From an uncultured Anaerolineales bacterium (GTDB lineage: Bacteria; Planctomycetota; Phycisphaerae; FEN-1346), in the NCBI GenBank assembly GCA_964539385.1, contig CAZIJC010000001.1, forward strand, positions 16,860 through 80,859: a stretch of DNA of 64,000 nucleotides, in the 5' to 3' direction. Positions 36,324 to 46,270 of the stretch are shown piece after piece. Positions within the stretch are counted from its first letter, which is position 1; each line of letters begins with the position of its first letter. Below the pieces are notes generated by a model. That model searched no databases. It saw only the letters and a program-made list of their open reading frames with translations, and was not told the DNA's origin. The position numbers and the translations under genes are program-made.

Positions 36324-38855
36324 TTACACAACGACCTCGTTCACGCCTGTCGGCAGGTTCCACGTGCGGCCGACCGTATTATAGGTGATGGTGCCGGTGC
36401 CGACCGACTCGGCGCCGAAGCACAACCGCCGGATCGTCCACACGTCCAACGTGCTATTGTTGATGAAGTAGTTGACGCCTACGCCGCGGACGTACATCAA
36501 GCCCAACGTGGCGTGCGTGCCGGCCGGGATCACCGTAGCCAGCGAAATGGCGGAGTTGTCGATCGCGCCGGCATAGATTGAACGGACATTCGCGTCAAGA
36601 GTCAGACCGGAACCGTTGATCGTGCCGAGCACGGCGACCCTTGCAGCCGAGCCATCGATGTCCCAGGCGGCATTGATCAGGTCGCCACCAACGCGGGCCG
36701 TGCCGAGCGTGTGCCGTCCCGCAATCAGATTCCCGGCCAGGGTCAGGTCCAGGCTGTTGACGTCGCCGGTGGCCCTGAAGTGGTTGATCGAGGGGGTCGT
36801 GATAACGTCGGCGACGCCGCCGCTGTCCGTCCAATCCTGGGCGATCAGCCAGCCGACGGGCGTGCCCGACGTGACAACCAGATCGATCACGCTGCCCAGG
36901 CGCATTGAGAGCGTATCCCTGGCCCCGACCTGCGCGCCGACCTGGACCTCGCCGCCGTTCACGTCGTTGAGCCAGAGTAACCTGAGCGTGCCCGGCACGT
37001 CGATCAGGCTGCCCCCGGCCCCATCGTCCACAAAATCAACGGTGGGGGCATGGATGCGGCCGAGCGAGCCGTCCCAGGCGAGCCCGACGTCGTCGTCCAC
37101 GGTAATGCTTTCGACCTCCGTCGTCACGCCCCGGGCCGTCCTCATGGCGAATGCCGACCGCCTCGTCGTTTCGTACAGGGTCACGTCGAAGCCGTTCACG
37201 CCGTTGGCCACCTCGGCCCAGGACCCCCTCATCACGAAGGTCACGAGGTCGCCGTTGGGGTCCTCGATCTGCATTCTGGAGTTGGGGTGGGCCGCGTCGA
37301 AACTGCCGAACTTCCACACGATGGCGGCCTGGTTGGCGGCCGCATCGGTGTTGTTGGTCTCGTCGGCTTCGGCGATGGTGTCGCCCGAATCCACGACGGC
37401 CAGGACGTTGTAGTTGCCGGCCGGGATGTCCGCCGGCACCTGGCTCACGAGCCAGTAGGTCCTGGCCTGTCCGGCCGTGAGGGAGATGCGGCACGTGCGC
37501 TGGCCGAACAGGTAGTCGCCGCCGTCAATGACGCCGTCTACGGACCCGTACAGTTGGATGGTGGCCAATCCGGACGCCGTTCCGGCGCCGCCGTTGGTAA
37601 CCGCGACGGGAATCCGCCACCTGTCGCCGGGAATCTGCTCGGCGCCCGTGACGAAGGCATCGTCAATCGCGATCGTCAGGTCCGGGCCGACGCCCAGGGT
37701 GCCGACGATCGAGGCATTGTTGGCCTCGGAGTACTCGGTGACGCCGCCGGGCTGATCGGCCACGCCGAACAGCGTGTACCCCTGGCCGCCCGCAGGCGCG
37801 TTGAACGAGATCGTGTCGGTCGTGTCGGCGCCGGCGGCGAGCGTGGTCACGTTGTAGGAGCCGACCTGGGTATCGGCGCCCGCGTCGAAGGTGCCGTCGG
37901 TCGAGGTCCAGAGCGACACCGTCCACGGAGTCACGCCTGGGTCGCCGTCGTCCTCGGCGACCGCGAAACCGGCATTGTTGACCTGCACGGGCACGTCAAC
38001 CTGTTGACCAGCAGCGGCCTGATACACGGTTGCCGCCGCCTCGATCGTCAGGTCCGGCCCGACCGACAGGGTCCCGAGCGACGCCGTGTTGTTGGCGTCG
38101 TCATCCTCGGTGACCTCGGTGTCGGAGTCGGCGTAGCCGAACAGCGTGTACTCGCCGGGCACGGGCGCGGCAAAGGAGATCTGGTTCGCCGTGCTGTCCT
38201 GGCCATCAAGGGTCGTCAGGTTGTAGGAGCCGACCTGCGTATCGCCCGCGTCCCAGATGCCGTCGGTCGAGGTCCACAGCGACACCGTCCACTGGCCCAC
38301 CCCCGGGTCCACGTCCGTGACGGCCTGGGCGAAGCCGGTGTTCTCGACCGTGACGTCAACGTCCACGTTGGCGCCCTCCGCCGCCTCGTACGCGCCGGCC
38401 GCGCCCTGGATCTCCAGGTCGATGCCGACCAGCAGCGTCCCGACGATCGACGTGTTGTTGACCTCGGAGTTTTCGGCAACCTCCTCGTCGGAGTCGGCAA
38501 AGCCGAACAGCGTGTACGTGCCGGCCGCAGGGGCGTTGAAGGTGACCGTGTCGGTGGTGTCGCCCGCGGCAGCAAGGGTCACCACCTCGTAGTTGCCGAC
38601 GTTGGTGTCTTCCCCGGCGTCGAAGACCGCGTCGGCCGAGGTCCAGAGCGACACCGTCCAGAATCCGTCAACGGCTTCCGCGGCGGCATCGCCGATATTG
38701 TTCACCTGAATGTCAACATCGACACCCACGGCACCGCTGAGCGCCTCGTACGTGTCTGCCGCCGCCGTGATCGTCAGGTCTGCCGCCAATAGCAGGCGCG
38801 ACTCCAACGCCTCAAAACCGGGCTTTATGCCGCTTTTGTCGCTGTTTCTGTACAT
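36324..38855 (-). CDS. Secreted repetitive protein with four CARDB-like repeats of about 100 aa and a C-terminal beta-rich domain
   Basis: 843 aa. N-terminus MYRNSDKSGIKPGFEALESRLLLAADL. Internal repeats of the pattern WTVSLWTSTDG..DAGDTQVGSYN.TTL...FNAP..G.YTLFG.AD. No Cys-rich motifs. Confidence 0.6.
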   Translation of the reverse strand: MYRNSDKSGIKPGFEALESRLLLAADLTITAAADTYEALSGAVGVDVDIQVNNIGDAAAEAVDGFWTVSLWTSADAVFDAGEDTNVGNYEVVTLAAAGDTTDTVTFNAPAAGTYTLFGFADSDEEVAENSEVNNTSIVGTLLVGIDLEIQGAAGAYEAAEGANVDVDVTVENTGFAQAVTDVDPGVGQWTVSLWTSTDGIWDAGDTQVGSYNLTTLDGQDSTANQISFAAPVPGEYTLFGYADSDTEVTEDDDANNTASLGTLSVGPDLTIEAAATVYQAAAGQQVDVPVQVNNAGFAVAEDDGDPGVTPWTVSLWTSTDGTFDAGADTQVGSYNVTTLAAGADTTDTISFNAPAGGQGYTLFGVADQPGGVTEYSEANNASIVGTLGVGPDLTIAIDDAFVTGAEQIPGDRWRIPVAVTNGGAGTASGLATIQLYGSVDGVIDGGDYLFGQRTCRISLTAGQARTYWLVSQVPADIPAGNYNVLAVVDSGDTIAEADETNNTDAAANQAAIVWKFGSFDAAHPNSRMQIEDPNGDLVTFVMRGSWAEVANGVNGFDVTLYETTRRSAFAMRTARGVTTEVESITVDDDVGLAWDGSLGRIHAPTVDFVDDGAGGSLIDVPGTLRLLWLNDVNGGEVQVGAQVGARDTLSMRLGSVIDLVVTSGTPVGWLIAQDWTDSGGVADVITTPSINHFRATGDVNSLDLTLAGNLIAGRHTLGTARVGGDLINAAWDIDGSAARVAVLGTINGSGLTLDANVRSIYAGAIDNSAISLATVIPAGTHATLGLMYVRGVGVNYFINNSTLDVWTIRRLCFGAESVGTGTITYNTVGRTWNLPTGVNEVVV

Positions 38856-39123
38856 GGCAGTCTCCTATCCAGCATCAGAGATTATCCCAGCCTAGATTGC
38901 TTTGGGAGCGCTTTTCCTGTTTCGGCAACATCGCGCGCGGCCGGCCACTTTTTTCTTAAAAAAGGGCGAATTATCCTGACGACCTGCGGCCAAGCCTCAA
39001 GCGCCCGAAAACCACGCCTCAAGACACGCCGCCGGCCACTCTTTGCATTAAAAACCTTGGAATCGCTGTTTGCGAGAACGTGGAGTGCCTTCGGGGCTCC
39101 AACTCCGGGTTGCGAAACTGTCC

Positions 39124-39152
39124 TTGACAGGCCCCAGGCCATTCAGTCTAGT
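39124..39152 (+). promoter_or_regulatory. Candidate sigma-70 promoter (TTGACA, 17 bp spacer, TCTAGT) for the TolB/cytochrome gene
   Basis: Perfect -35 and a 4/6 match at -10, about 50 nt upstream of the ATG at 39201. Confidence 0.3.
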
Positions 39153-39200
39153 GAACTTGCCGCTTTGACGTGCCATCGAACCGTGCAGGACGCCGCTGCC

Positions 39201-41669
39201 ATGATGCGCTCAGTCCTCCGTTTTCGTGCCCGCGGCATCCCGGCCCTGGCTGCTGCGGCCCTGATGACGTCCGTGGCGACGACGGCAGCCGTTGGGGAGA
39301 CCTACACCTGGCAAGACGAGAATCAGGCTCAGTTCGCTACCCTGCAGCGTCTCATCACTGAGTTCAAGAAGAACCCGTCGGGCCACCTTGCGGCCCAGAC
39401 GTTCCGGTCCGAAGCGCTGATCCTGGCCTCCGACCGCGACCCGGCCGACGTCGTCCTTCGCCGAACGGCCGCCCTGCTTGCTGCGCTGAAACGCATGGCC
39501 GGCGCCCCGGACCTGGCTGCCGAAGCGGGCACACTCGAGCGTCTCCAGGCCGAAAGCGCCGCCATCAACGTCAAGGAGACACAGGCGCGGCGCGACCTGT
39601 TCGACAAGGCATTGCGTCTGCGCCGCACGATCGCCTTCTCGAACCCGCTGCTGGACTTCGACCGGATCCTCTTCATCAAGCGACACTTCCTGCCCGGCTC
39701 GCACCGCCAGGGCAACCATATGTGTGACCAGTACTACGGCTTTCATGCGATTCGCGGCGGCGGGGTGTTTGTTTTGGAGGACGCCCTCTCGTCCAAGCCG
39801 ACCGCGCGGAACGTCTTGGCCGACTCGCTCTGCGCAAGCGGCCGCTTCAAAGGCAAGCCGCTCCCTCCCGGCGGGTACCTGTCGCCGGAACTCTCTTTCG
39901 ACGCCCGGACCGTCCTGTTCGCCTTCACGGAGGCCGAGCCGTCGCACTACAAGTGGAGCGAGCGGAGCACGTATCACATCTTCAAGGTGAACGTCGACGG
40001 ATCGAATCTCGTGCAACTCACCGACGGTCCTGCCGGCGACTTCGACCCCTGCTGGCTGCCGAACGGGCGGATCGTGTTCATCTCGGAACGCCGCGGCGGC
40101 TACGGCCGGTGCCACGCCCGGCCCGTACCCATCTTCACCCTCCACACGATGGAAAGCGACGGCACCGACATCGTCTGTATCAGCCGCAACGAGTCCAACG
40201 AATGGCATCCCAGCGTGGACGCGAGCGGCATGATCGTCTACACGCGGTGGGACTACGTGGACCGCGGCCACAGCCAGGCCCACCACCCGTGGATCACCAC
40301 GCCCGACGGCCGCGACGCACGCGCCATCCAGGGCAACTTCGGCAAATCGATGCGTGTCCGGCCGTTCATGGAAATGGACATGCGGGCCATCCCGGGGTCG
40401 CACAAGTACATCGCCACGGCGGCGGCCCATCACGGTCAGGCGTACGGGTCGCTCGTCGTGCTCGACCCGTGGATCGAGGACGACGACGCCATGGCGCCGC
40501 TGAAGCGTCTGACGCCCGACGTCTGGTTCCCCGAGGCGGAGCGCGGCGAGACGGTCTACGCCAGCGCCTGGCCGCTCGGCGAGGCGTTCTACCTGTGCGT
40601 CTGCGACTTTAACGCCACCCGCGGGGGCGGGCCGAAGAACAACTTCGGCATCTACCTGCTCGACGCGTGGGGCAACAAGGAACTCCTTTACCGCGACCCG
40701 GCCATCTCGTGCCTGAGCCCCATCCCGCTACGGCCGCGCAGGCGCCCGCCCGTCATTCCGCACGTCACCGCTGAGGGCAGGCCGCAGGTGACCCGGGCGA
40801 CACCCGACACGTCGGGACCGCCCCCATCGGATCCGCCCCGGACGGCTCCCGTCGGCCTGATCAACGTGTACGACGGCTTCAAGCCCTGGCCCGAGGGCAC
40901 CATCATCAAGGCCCTGCGCATCATCCAGGTGCTGCCGAAAGCCACGCCTGTCCACAACGTGCCCCGCATCGGATATGGTTCCGAGAAAGGCGCGCGGGCC
41001 GTCCTCGGCACCGTGCCGGTCGAGGCCGACGGCAGCGCCTATTTCAGCGTGCCGACGGGCAAGGTCGTCTTCTTCCAGGCACTGGACGCGCGCGGCCTGG
41101 CGGTCCAGTCGATGCGCAGTTGCACGTACGTCCATCCGGGCCAGCGGCTGGTGTGCCAGGGCTGCCACGAACCGCGTCACCGCGCGCCGGCGCCGCCGAA
41201 GCGGTTTGCGCTGGCCATGCGCCGGCCACCGTCAGACATTCAGCCGGACGTGGCGGGCTCGAACCCGTTCAGTTTCCCGCGACTCGTTCAGCCCGTGCTC
41301 GAGCGCCACTGCGTGGCGTGCCACGCCAAGGAACCCAAGGCGATGGACCTCGGCAAGGGCGATGCCGGAAAGAACCGCTACGGCTGGTACACCTCCTACG
41401 CCAACCTGAGGACCTACGCGTTCTATTTCGGGAAGTTCGAAGCGACTTACGACGGATGGACCCTGCCGCGGACCACGCCGGGCGAGTTCGGCGCACGGGC
41501 CTCGAAACTCTTCGCGCTTCTTGAGAAGGACCACTACGCAGTCAAACTCTCGAAGGCGGACCTCCATCGCATCACCCTGTGGCTGGACTGCAACTCCGAC
41601 TTCCTCGGCTCCTACGACGACCCCGAAGCCCAGGCGCGCGGCCAGATCGTCCGCCCGACGCTCCAGTAG
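39201..41669 (+). CDS. TolB-like (PD40/WD40-like) beta-propeller protein with C-terminal diheme c-type cytochrome domain
   Basis: Tool ORF 39057..41669. Start at MMRSVLRFRARGIPALAAAALMTSVATTAAVG, a signal peptide. PD40-like blocks (NGRIVFISERRGG, SDGTDIVCIS). Two CxxCH heme-binding motifs (CQGCH, CVACH) in the last about 200 aa. Confidence 0.65.
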   Translation: MMRSVLRFRARGIPALAAAALMTSVATTAAVGETYTWQDENQAQFATLQRLITEFKKNPSGHLAAQTFRSEALILASDRDPADVVLRRTAALLAALKRMAGAPDLAAEAGTLERLQAESAAINVKETQARRDLFDKALRLRRTIAFSNPLLDFDRILFIKRHFLPGSHRQGNHMCDQYYGFHAIRGGGVFVLEDALSSKPTARNVLADSLCASGRFKGKPLPPGGYLSPELSFDARTVLFAFTEAEPSHYKWSERSTYHIFKVNVDGSNLVQLTDGPAGDFDPCWLPNGRIVFISERRGGYGRCHARPVPIFTLHTMESDGTDIVCISRNESNEWHPSVDASGMIVYTRWDYVDRGHSQAHHPWITTPDGRDARAIQGNFGKSMRVRPFMEMDMRAIPGSHKYIATAAAHHGQAYGSLVVLDPWIEDDDAMAPLKRLTPDVWFPEAERGETVYASAWPLGEAFYLCVCDFNATRGGGPKNNFGIYLLDAWGNKELLYRDPAISCLSPIPLRPRRRPPVIPHVTAEGRPQVTRATPDTSGPPPSDPPRTAPVGLINVYDGFKPWPEGTIIKALRIIQVLPKATPVHNVPRIGYGSEKGARAVLGTVPVEADGSAYFSVPTGKVVFFQALDARGLAVQSMRSCTYVHPGQRLVCQGCHEPRHRAPAPPKRFALAMRRPPSDIQPDVAGSNPFSFPRLVQPVLERHCVACHAKEPKAMDLGKGDAGKNRYGWYTSYANLRTYAFYFGKFEATYDGWTLPRTTPGEFGARASKLFALLEKDHYAVKLSKADLHRITLWLDCNSDFLGSYDDPEAQARGQIVRPTLQ

Positions 41670-41963
41670 CCAGCGAAGAACGCAGGAGACGAGCGGGGCT
41701 GGGTAAGTCTCACCCGGTCGGCCTCCGCACCGACCGGGCAAACGCCAAGATGACGCGGCGGCTGCGGAGGCCCGCCGTGCACCAGGTGAGCACAGCCTGC
41801 CTGAACCCGCTTGGGGCGCAAGCGCATCCGGGAACCGGCGCCCGGTTGCCTGGAACGCCGGGCGGTGCCGGCGCGTCTAACTCCGTGAGACGGCGCTTCA
41901 TTTGGGCGACCGAAGGCGCCACACTCAGCCGTATAAGAGGATGGACACGCAGGAGGCAGAGCC

Positions 41964-43454
41964 ATGGCAAGCGATTTCAGGCCCGTTGAGCAGCCGGCGG
42001 TCAAGACCACGATCGTTGGAGGGCGCCCGCCCGGCAGCGGCAAGGCGGTCGGCCCCATCCCGCGCGGCATCGAAGTGCTCATCAAGAAGGCCGCCGTGGA
42101 CCCCGACTTCAGGGCGCTCCTGCTCGCCAAGCGCGATGAAGCGGCCGGCCAGATCGGCCTGACGCTGGACCCGGCCGAGGCGATGATGCTCAAGGCCGCC
42201 CCCACCGCACAACTCGAAGCGATCATCGCTCAGACAAACGTCCACCCCAGCGTGCTGCCAGCGTTCCTCGGCCGTGCGGCCGCCGTCATGCTCGTGGCCC
42301 TCGGCGCCGGAACACTCGGCTGCGAGGACGACGTCGCAACTTTGGACATCGAACCCGACCGGCCGTCGGCCAAGAAGGTCGAGCCGCCCCAGAACATCCC
42401 CGCACCGGAAGGCGTCCGCCCCGACCGGCCCCAGGCAGTTGAACGGTCGCCGGGCATCCGGCCTGATCGGATTCCCACGCCGCAGCCGCCGAAGCCGGCC
42501 GAGCCCCGGATCAAGGCGCCCCAACGCATCGAGCCGACCGACGGCATCCGTCCCACGCGCCCCCCCGAGGCCAAGCCGAAGGCCGAGACGCCGAAGCCTC
42601 CCGCGCCCACGGGCATCCGCCCGGACAGACCGCCGACCGCCAGGCCGCCCGACGCCGCCGAGAACAAGCAGTCTCAGGCGCCCCGATCGACGGCCACAGA
42701 ACCGGTCACCTCGACGCCCGTCTCCGACGAACGGATCACGCGCGGCATCCGGCCCGACCGGCCGCCCACGACCAAGGGCATCCGGCCCGACAAGCCGCAG
42801 ACCAAGCCCAAAGAAGACGCGCCCCCCGAGAAGAAGCCGATCATCAGCCGGACCCTCACGCTCCCGGCCAAGTGGAACGAAAAGGCGGCCTACGACAACC
42901 TCGCCAAGGGCCTGAAGCGCCTGGCCGACAAGCACCTGCCGAAACACAAGTTCATCTACTCGGTGGCCGACTCCGGGCAGCGGTACATCCGCGTCGAATT
43001 CAAACCGAAGGTGCACGACGTACCGACCACAGACCGCAAAACCGGCGAGACGGAAATCCGCCGCAAGACCGGGCCCGAGGCCGATGGCCTCCTGCTGACT
43101 GTCTGGATCGAAAAGCGTCTGATCGAAGCCGACCGGCCCCACGTCCGCGACAACGCCGGCCTCTGGAAGACGAAGGTCGACCAAGTCTTCCTGCGACCGC
43201 GGAAGACGTACCTGAAGTTCAACCTGCATTACGGCCCGAAGACGGACAAGGGGCTGATCGCAACGTTCTCGTCGCCGTCCGGGTGGGTCAACAGCGCATC
43301 GGAAGCAGCCCTGACGACCAAGGTGTATGCGCCGACCGTAGCGGCTGCACCTTCTTCTGCAGGGGGTGCTGCCTGGAAGTTCGAGACCCCCGGCAGGGTG
43401 AACCAGCGGGCCACGTACGCCGGCTCGTTCGGCATATCGCCGGATCGGCCGTAA
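41964..43454 (+). CDS. Pro-rich repeat protein with at least eight G[IV]RP[DT][RK]P heptapeptide repeats, an internal TM/lipobox-like segment and a C-terminal globular domain, hypothetical
   Basis: AGGAGG SD 6 nt before the ATG. Repeats GVRPDRP, GIRPDRI, GIRPTRP, GIRPDRP x3, GIRPDKP, plus a terminal GISPDRP. Hydrophobic AAAVMLVALGAGTLGC lies at about residue 100. Confidence 0.55.
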   Translation: MASDFRPVEQPAVKTTIVGGRPPGSGKAVGPIPRGIEVLIKKAAVDPDFRALLLAKRDEAAGQIGLTLDPAEAMMLKAAPTAQLEAIIAQTNVHPSVLPAFLGRAAAVMLVALGAGTLGCEDDVATLDIEPDRPSAKKVEPPQNIPAPEGVRPDRPQAVERSPGIRPDRIPTPQPPKPAEPRIKAPQRIEPTDGIRPTRPPEAKPKAETPKPPAPTGIRPDRPPTARPPDAAENKQSQAPRSTATEPVTSTPVSDERITRGIRPDRPPTTKGIRPDKPQTKPKEDAPPEKKPIISRTLTLPAKWNEKAAYDNLAKGLKRLADKHLPKHKFIYSVADSGQRYIRVEFKPKVHDVPTTDRKTGETEIRRKTGPEADGLLLTVWIEKRLIEADRPHVRDNAGLWKTKVDQVFLRPRKTYLKFNLHYGPKTDKGLIATFSSPSGWVNSASEAALTTKVYAPTVAAAPSSAGGAAWKFETPGRVNQRATYAGSFGISPDRP

Positions 43455-43502
43455 GTAACAGGAGCGCCCGTCCGCTTCGGTGACACGCAAGGGACGCGTA
43501 AC

Positions 43503-44981
43503 ATGGCCGCCGACATCACGCTCGTCAACCTGAACATGCTCTTCATGCGGTACGGCGAGGAGGTCGAGCGGGAACTGCACGTGCCGCTCGGGCCACTGTA
43601 CCTCACGCGGGCCCTGGAGGATGCCGGGTTCGAGGTCGATTTCCGCGACTACCAGGCCGCCCCCTACGACGACCCGTTCGACTTGGAGAACTTTCTGGAG
43701 TTTCTCTCTCGGCCCGCCCCCATCATCGGTTTCTCGTGCATGGCCAACCTGCTGCCGTTCACGATCCACGCCATGCGGACGGTGAAGCAGCGGTGGCCCG
43801 ACCGCACGCTCGTTCTCGGCGGCGTGGGATCGAAGGCCGTCGAAGAGAAGATCCTGGCGCGGTTCCCGTGGGTCGGCATCATCTCGCGCGGCGAGAGCGA
43901 ACGCACGGGGCCGGAACTGGTGCGCACGCTGCGGGACGGCGGCGACCTGGGCGCTGTCAAGGGCATCTCCTGGCGCGCGGGCGGCACCGTTCATCACAAC
44001 CCGCGGCGCGAACGGATCACGGACCTCGACTCCATCCCCTTCCCGGCGTTCCACAAGGTGGCCCTCTCGGCCTACGCCGGCTACGGCATGATGACGAGCC
44101 GCGGCTGCCCGTATCCGTGTACGTTCTGTTCGGTCGCCCCGGTCTGGAACCACGAGAGTTACTCGCGCTCTGCCGAGAACATCGTCGCCGAAATGGTCCA
44201 TCTGCACCGCGAGGCGGGGGTGGACCTGTTCCTGTTCCAGGACGAGTTCTTCGTCTCGGGCAAGCAGCAGGTGATGGACTTCTGCCGCGAACTCCGCGGG
44301 ACGGGCCTCGCCCTGGAATGGAAGGCCTTCGGCCGCGTCAACCTGGTCGATACCGAGATGATGCAGGCGATGGCCGACGCCGGGTGCCTGGAACTGAGGT
44401 TCGGCATCGAGTCGGGCAGCGACCGCGTGCTCAAGCGGATCAAGAAAGGCTTCACGGCGGCCGAGGCCCTGGACGTGGTGCCGAAGGCCGTCGGAATCTT
44501 CCCCCGGGTCGATACGTTCTTCGTCTGGGGGTTTCCGTTCGAGACGATGGACGATTTCAACCGAAGCCTGTTCCAGATGGTGAGTTTCCGAATGATGGGG
44601 GCGCGGATTCTGCCGAGCCTCCTCTCGCTCCTGCCCCAGACCGAACTCTATAAAGAGTGGGCGCCGAAGGTGGACCTGGAGTTCTGCCCGCACCTGCTGC
44701 CCGAGTTCGTGTTCACGGGGCACGAAATCTGCCGCGGCGGCGACGTGGAGATACCGGACCGTTACCAGGAGTACTTCGATCTGATCCTGGCGAACCCGGA
44801 TATCTTCGCCGGGTTCTTCCACATCGCCCTCGAAGGAAACGTGCTGCCGAAACTGGCGCTGCTGCGGCAGTTCGGTTTCTATCCCGTTCCCGAGGGCGAA
44901 GAGGAGCCGAGCACTGAATCGTGCGGCGCCCACTCGCCCCGCATCGAACCGCAGGAACTCGCCACCAGGACCGAGCGGTAG
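43503..44981 (+). CDS. B12-binding domain radical SAM protein (class B rSAM, putative methyltransferase)
   Basis: 492 aa. N-terminal cobalamin-binding Rossmann domain (ITLVNLN...PLGPLYLTRALEDAGFEVDFRD). Radical SAM cluster motif SRGCPYPCTFCS. Confidence 0.8.
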   Translation: MAADITLVNLNMLFMRYGEEVERELHVPLGPLYLTRALEDAGFEVDFRDYQAAPYDDPFDLENFLEFLSRPAPIIGFSCMANLLPFTIHAMRTVKQRWPDRTLVLGGVGSKAVEEKILARFPWVGIISRGESERTGPELVRTLRDGGDLGAVKGISWRAGGTVHHNPRRERITDLDSIPFPAFHKVALSAYAGYGMMTSRGCPYPCTFCSVAPVWNHESYSRSAENIVAEMVHLHREAGVDLFLFQDEFFVSGKQQVMDFCRELRGTGLALEWKAFGRVNLVDTEMMQAMADAGCLELRFGIESGSDRVLKRIKKGFTAAEALDVVPKAVGIFPRVDTFFVWGFPFETMDDFNRSLFQMVSFRMMGARILPSLLSLLPQTELYKEWAPKVDLEFCPHLLPEFVFTGHEICRGGDVEIPDRYQEYFDLILANPDIFAGFFHIALEGNVLPKLALLRQFGFYPVPEGEEEPSTESCGAHSPRIEPQELATRTER

Positions 44982-45050
44982 AGACGCCGGGTGGCACTGG
45001 CGGCTTGTCCGCCCGTGGGCCGCGCAAGAGAGTGACATGGCGTTGCAGGG

Positions 45051-46178
45051 TTACACGCCGACGGCATCGAGGACGGCGTCGGCGACTTCGTTTTGTTGGG
45101 CCAGCGAGAGTTCCGGATAGATCGGAAGCGCCAGGACCTCACGCGACGCCGCCTCCGACTCGGGCAAGCCGCCTTCCTGGTACCCCAGGTCGGCAAAACA
45201 TGCCTGAAGGTGCAGCGGCACCGGGTAATAGATGGCGTGGCCGATCTTCTTCTCCTTCAGGTGCTCGACCACGCGGTCGCGCATGCCCGCCCCGCCGCCT
45301 GAGTCGGTGATGCGGATGACGTATTGGTTGTATATCATGCGGTTGTGTTGCCGGACGTGCGGCGTCACGATTGTCTCCCGCGCCGCGAACGCTTCGTCGT
45401 AGCGAGCCGCGTTGGCTCGACGCGCCTCGTGCCACTGTTCCAGATACTTCAGTTTGGCCGTAATGACGACCGCCTGGATCGGATCGAGGCGGAAGTTCCC
45501 GCCCACGTACCGGTGATAGTACTTGGGTTTGGAGCCGTGATTGCGCAGGACCGTGCACTGCTCGGCCAGCGTCGCGTCGTTCGTCACGATCATGCCGCCG
45601 TCGCCCACCCCGCCGAGGTTCTTGGAGGGGAAGAACGAAAAACACCCCGCCGTCCCAATCGAGCCGGCCTTGCGTCCCTTGTACGTGGCGCCGATGGCCT
45701 GTGCGGCGTCCTCGACTACCGCCAGACCGCGCGGCCGCGCCACCTCCATAATCGGGTCCATGTCCGCCGCCTGACCGAACAGGTGCACCGGCAGGATCGC
45801 CTTCGTGCGGTCCGTCACCGCCCCCTCCACCAGCAAGGGGTCGATGTTGAACGTCTTCGGATCGATGTCCACGAAGACGGGCCTGGCGCCCGTCCGCACG
45901 ATGCAGCCGGCCGTGGCAAAGAACGAAAACGGCGTCGTGACCACCTCGTCGCCGGCCCCGATGCCCAGGCTCATCAGGGCGTTCAGGATGGCGTCGGTGC
46001 CGCTGGAGGCGCCGATGCCGTACTTGCATTCGGAGTAAGCGGCCACGGCCTTCTCGCACTCGACCACCTTCGGGCCGCCTATGCAGCGCTGCGTTTCCAG
46101 CACCTCATCCACCGCCGCACGCACCTCCTTGCGAATCTCGTCGTACTGCGCCACCAGGTCGAGCAACGGAACCGCCAT
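45051..46178 (-). CDS. DegT/DnrJ/EryC1/StrS family PLP-dependent aminotransferase (sugar aminotransferase)
   Basis: Tool ORF 45051..46193, start at MAVPLLDL. Full-length similarity to ArnB/WecE-type enzymes (GASSGTDAILNALMSLG, FSFFPSKNLG). Confidence 0.8.
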   Translation of the reverse strand: MAVPLLDLVAQYDEIRKEVRAAVDEVLETQRCIGGPKVVECEKAVAAYSECKYGIGASSGTDAILNALMSLGIGAGDEVVTTPFSFFATAGCIVRTGARPVFVDIDPKTFNIDPLLVEGAVTDRTKAILPVHLFGQAADMDPIMEVARPRGLAVVEDAAQAIGATYKGRKAGSIGTAGCFSFFPSKNLGGVGDGGMIVTNDATLAEQCTVLRNHGSKPKYYHRYVGGNFRLDPIQAVVITAKLKYLEQWHEARRANAARYDEAFAARETIVTPHVRQHNRMIYNQYVIRITDSGGGAGMRDRVVEHLKEKKIGHAIYYPVPLHLQACFADLGYQEGGLPESEAASREVLALPIYPELSLAQQNEVADAVLDAVGV

Positions 46179-46270
46179 GGGTTCTCCTTCCATTTACGTG
46201 GGATCAATCGGCATCCACCGGATAAAAGGGGGAGTTCCAACGCGTGCACGCGAAATCCTGCAGAATCCTC

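Noticed and set aside
41925-45038. Minus-strand ORF of 1037 aa
   Set aside because: Antisense to the Pro-rich repeat gene and the B12-rSAM gene, both of which have strong SDs and domain signatures. No domain is recognisable in the antisense frame.
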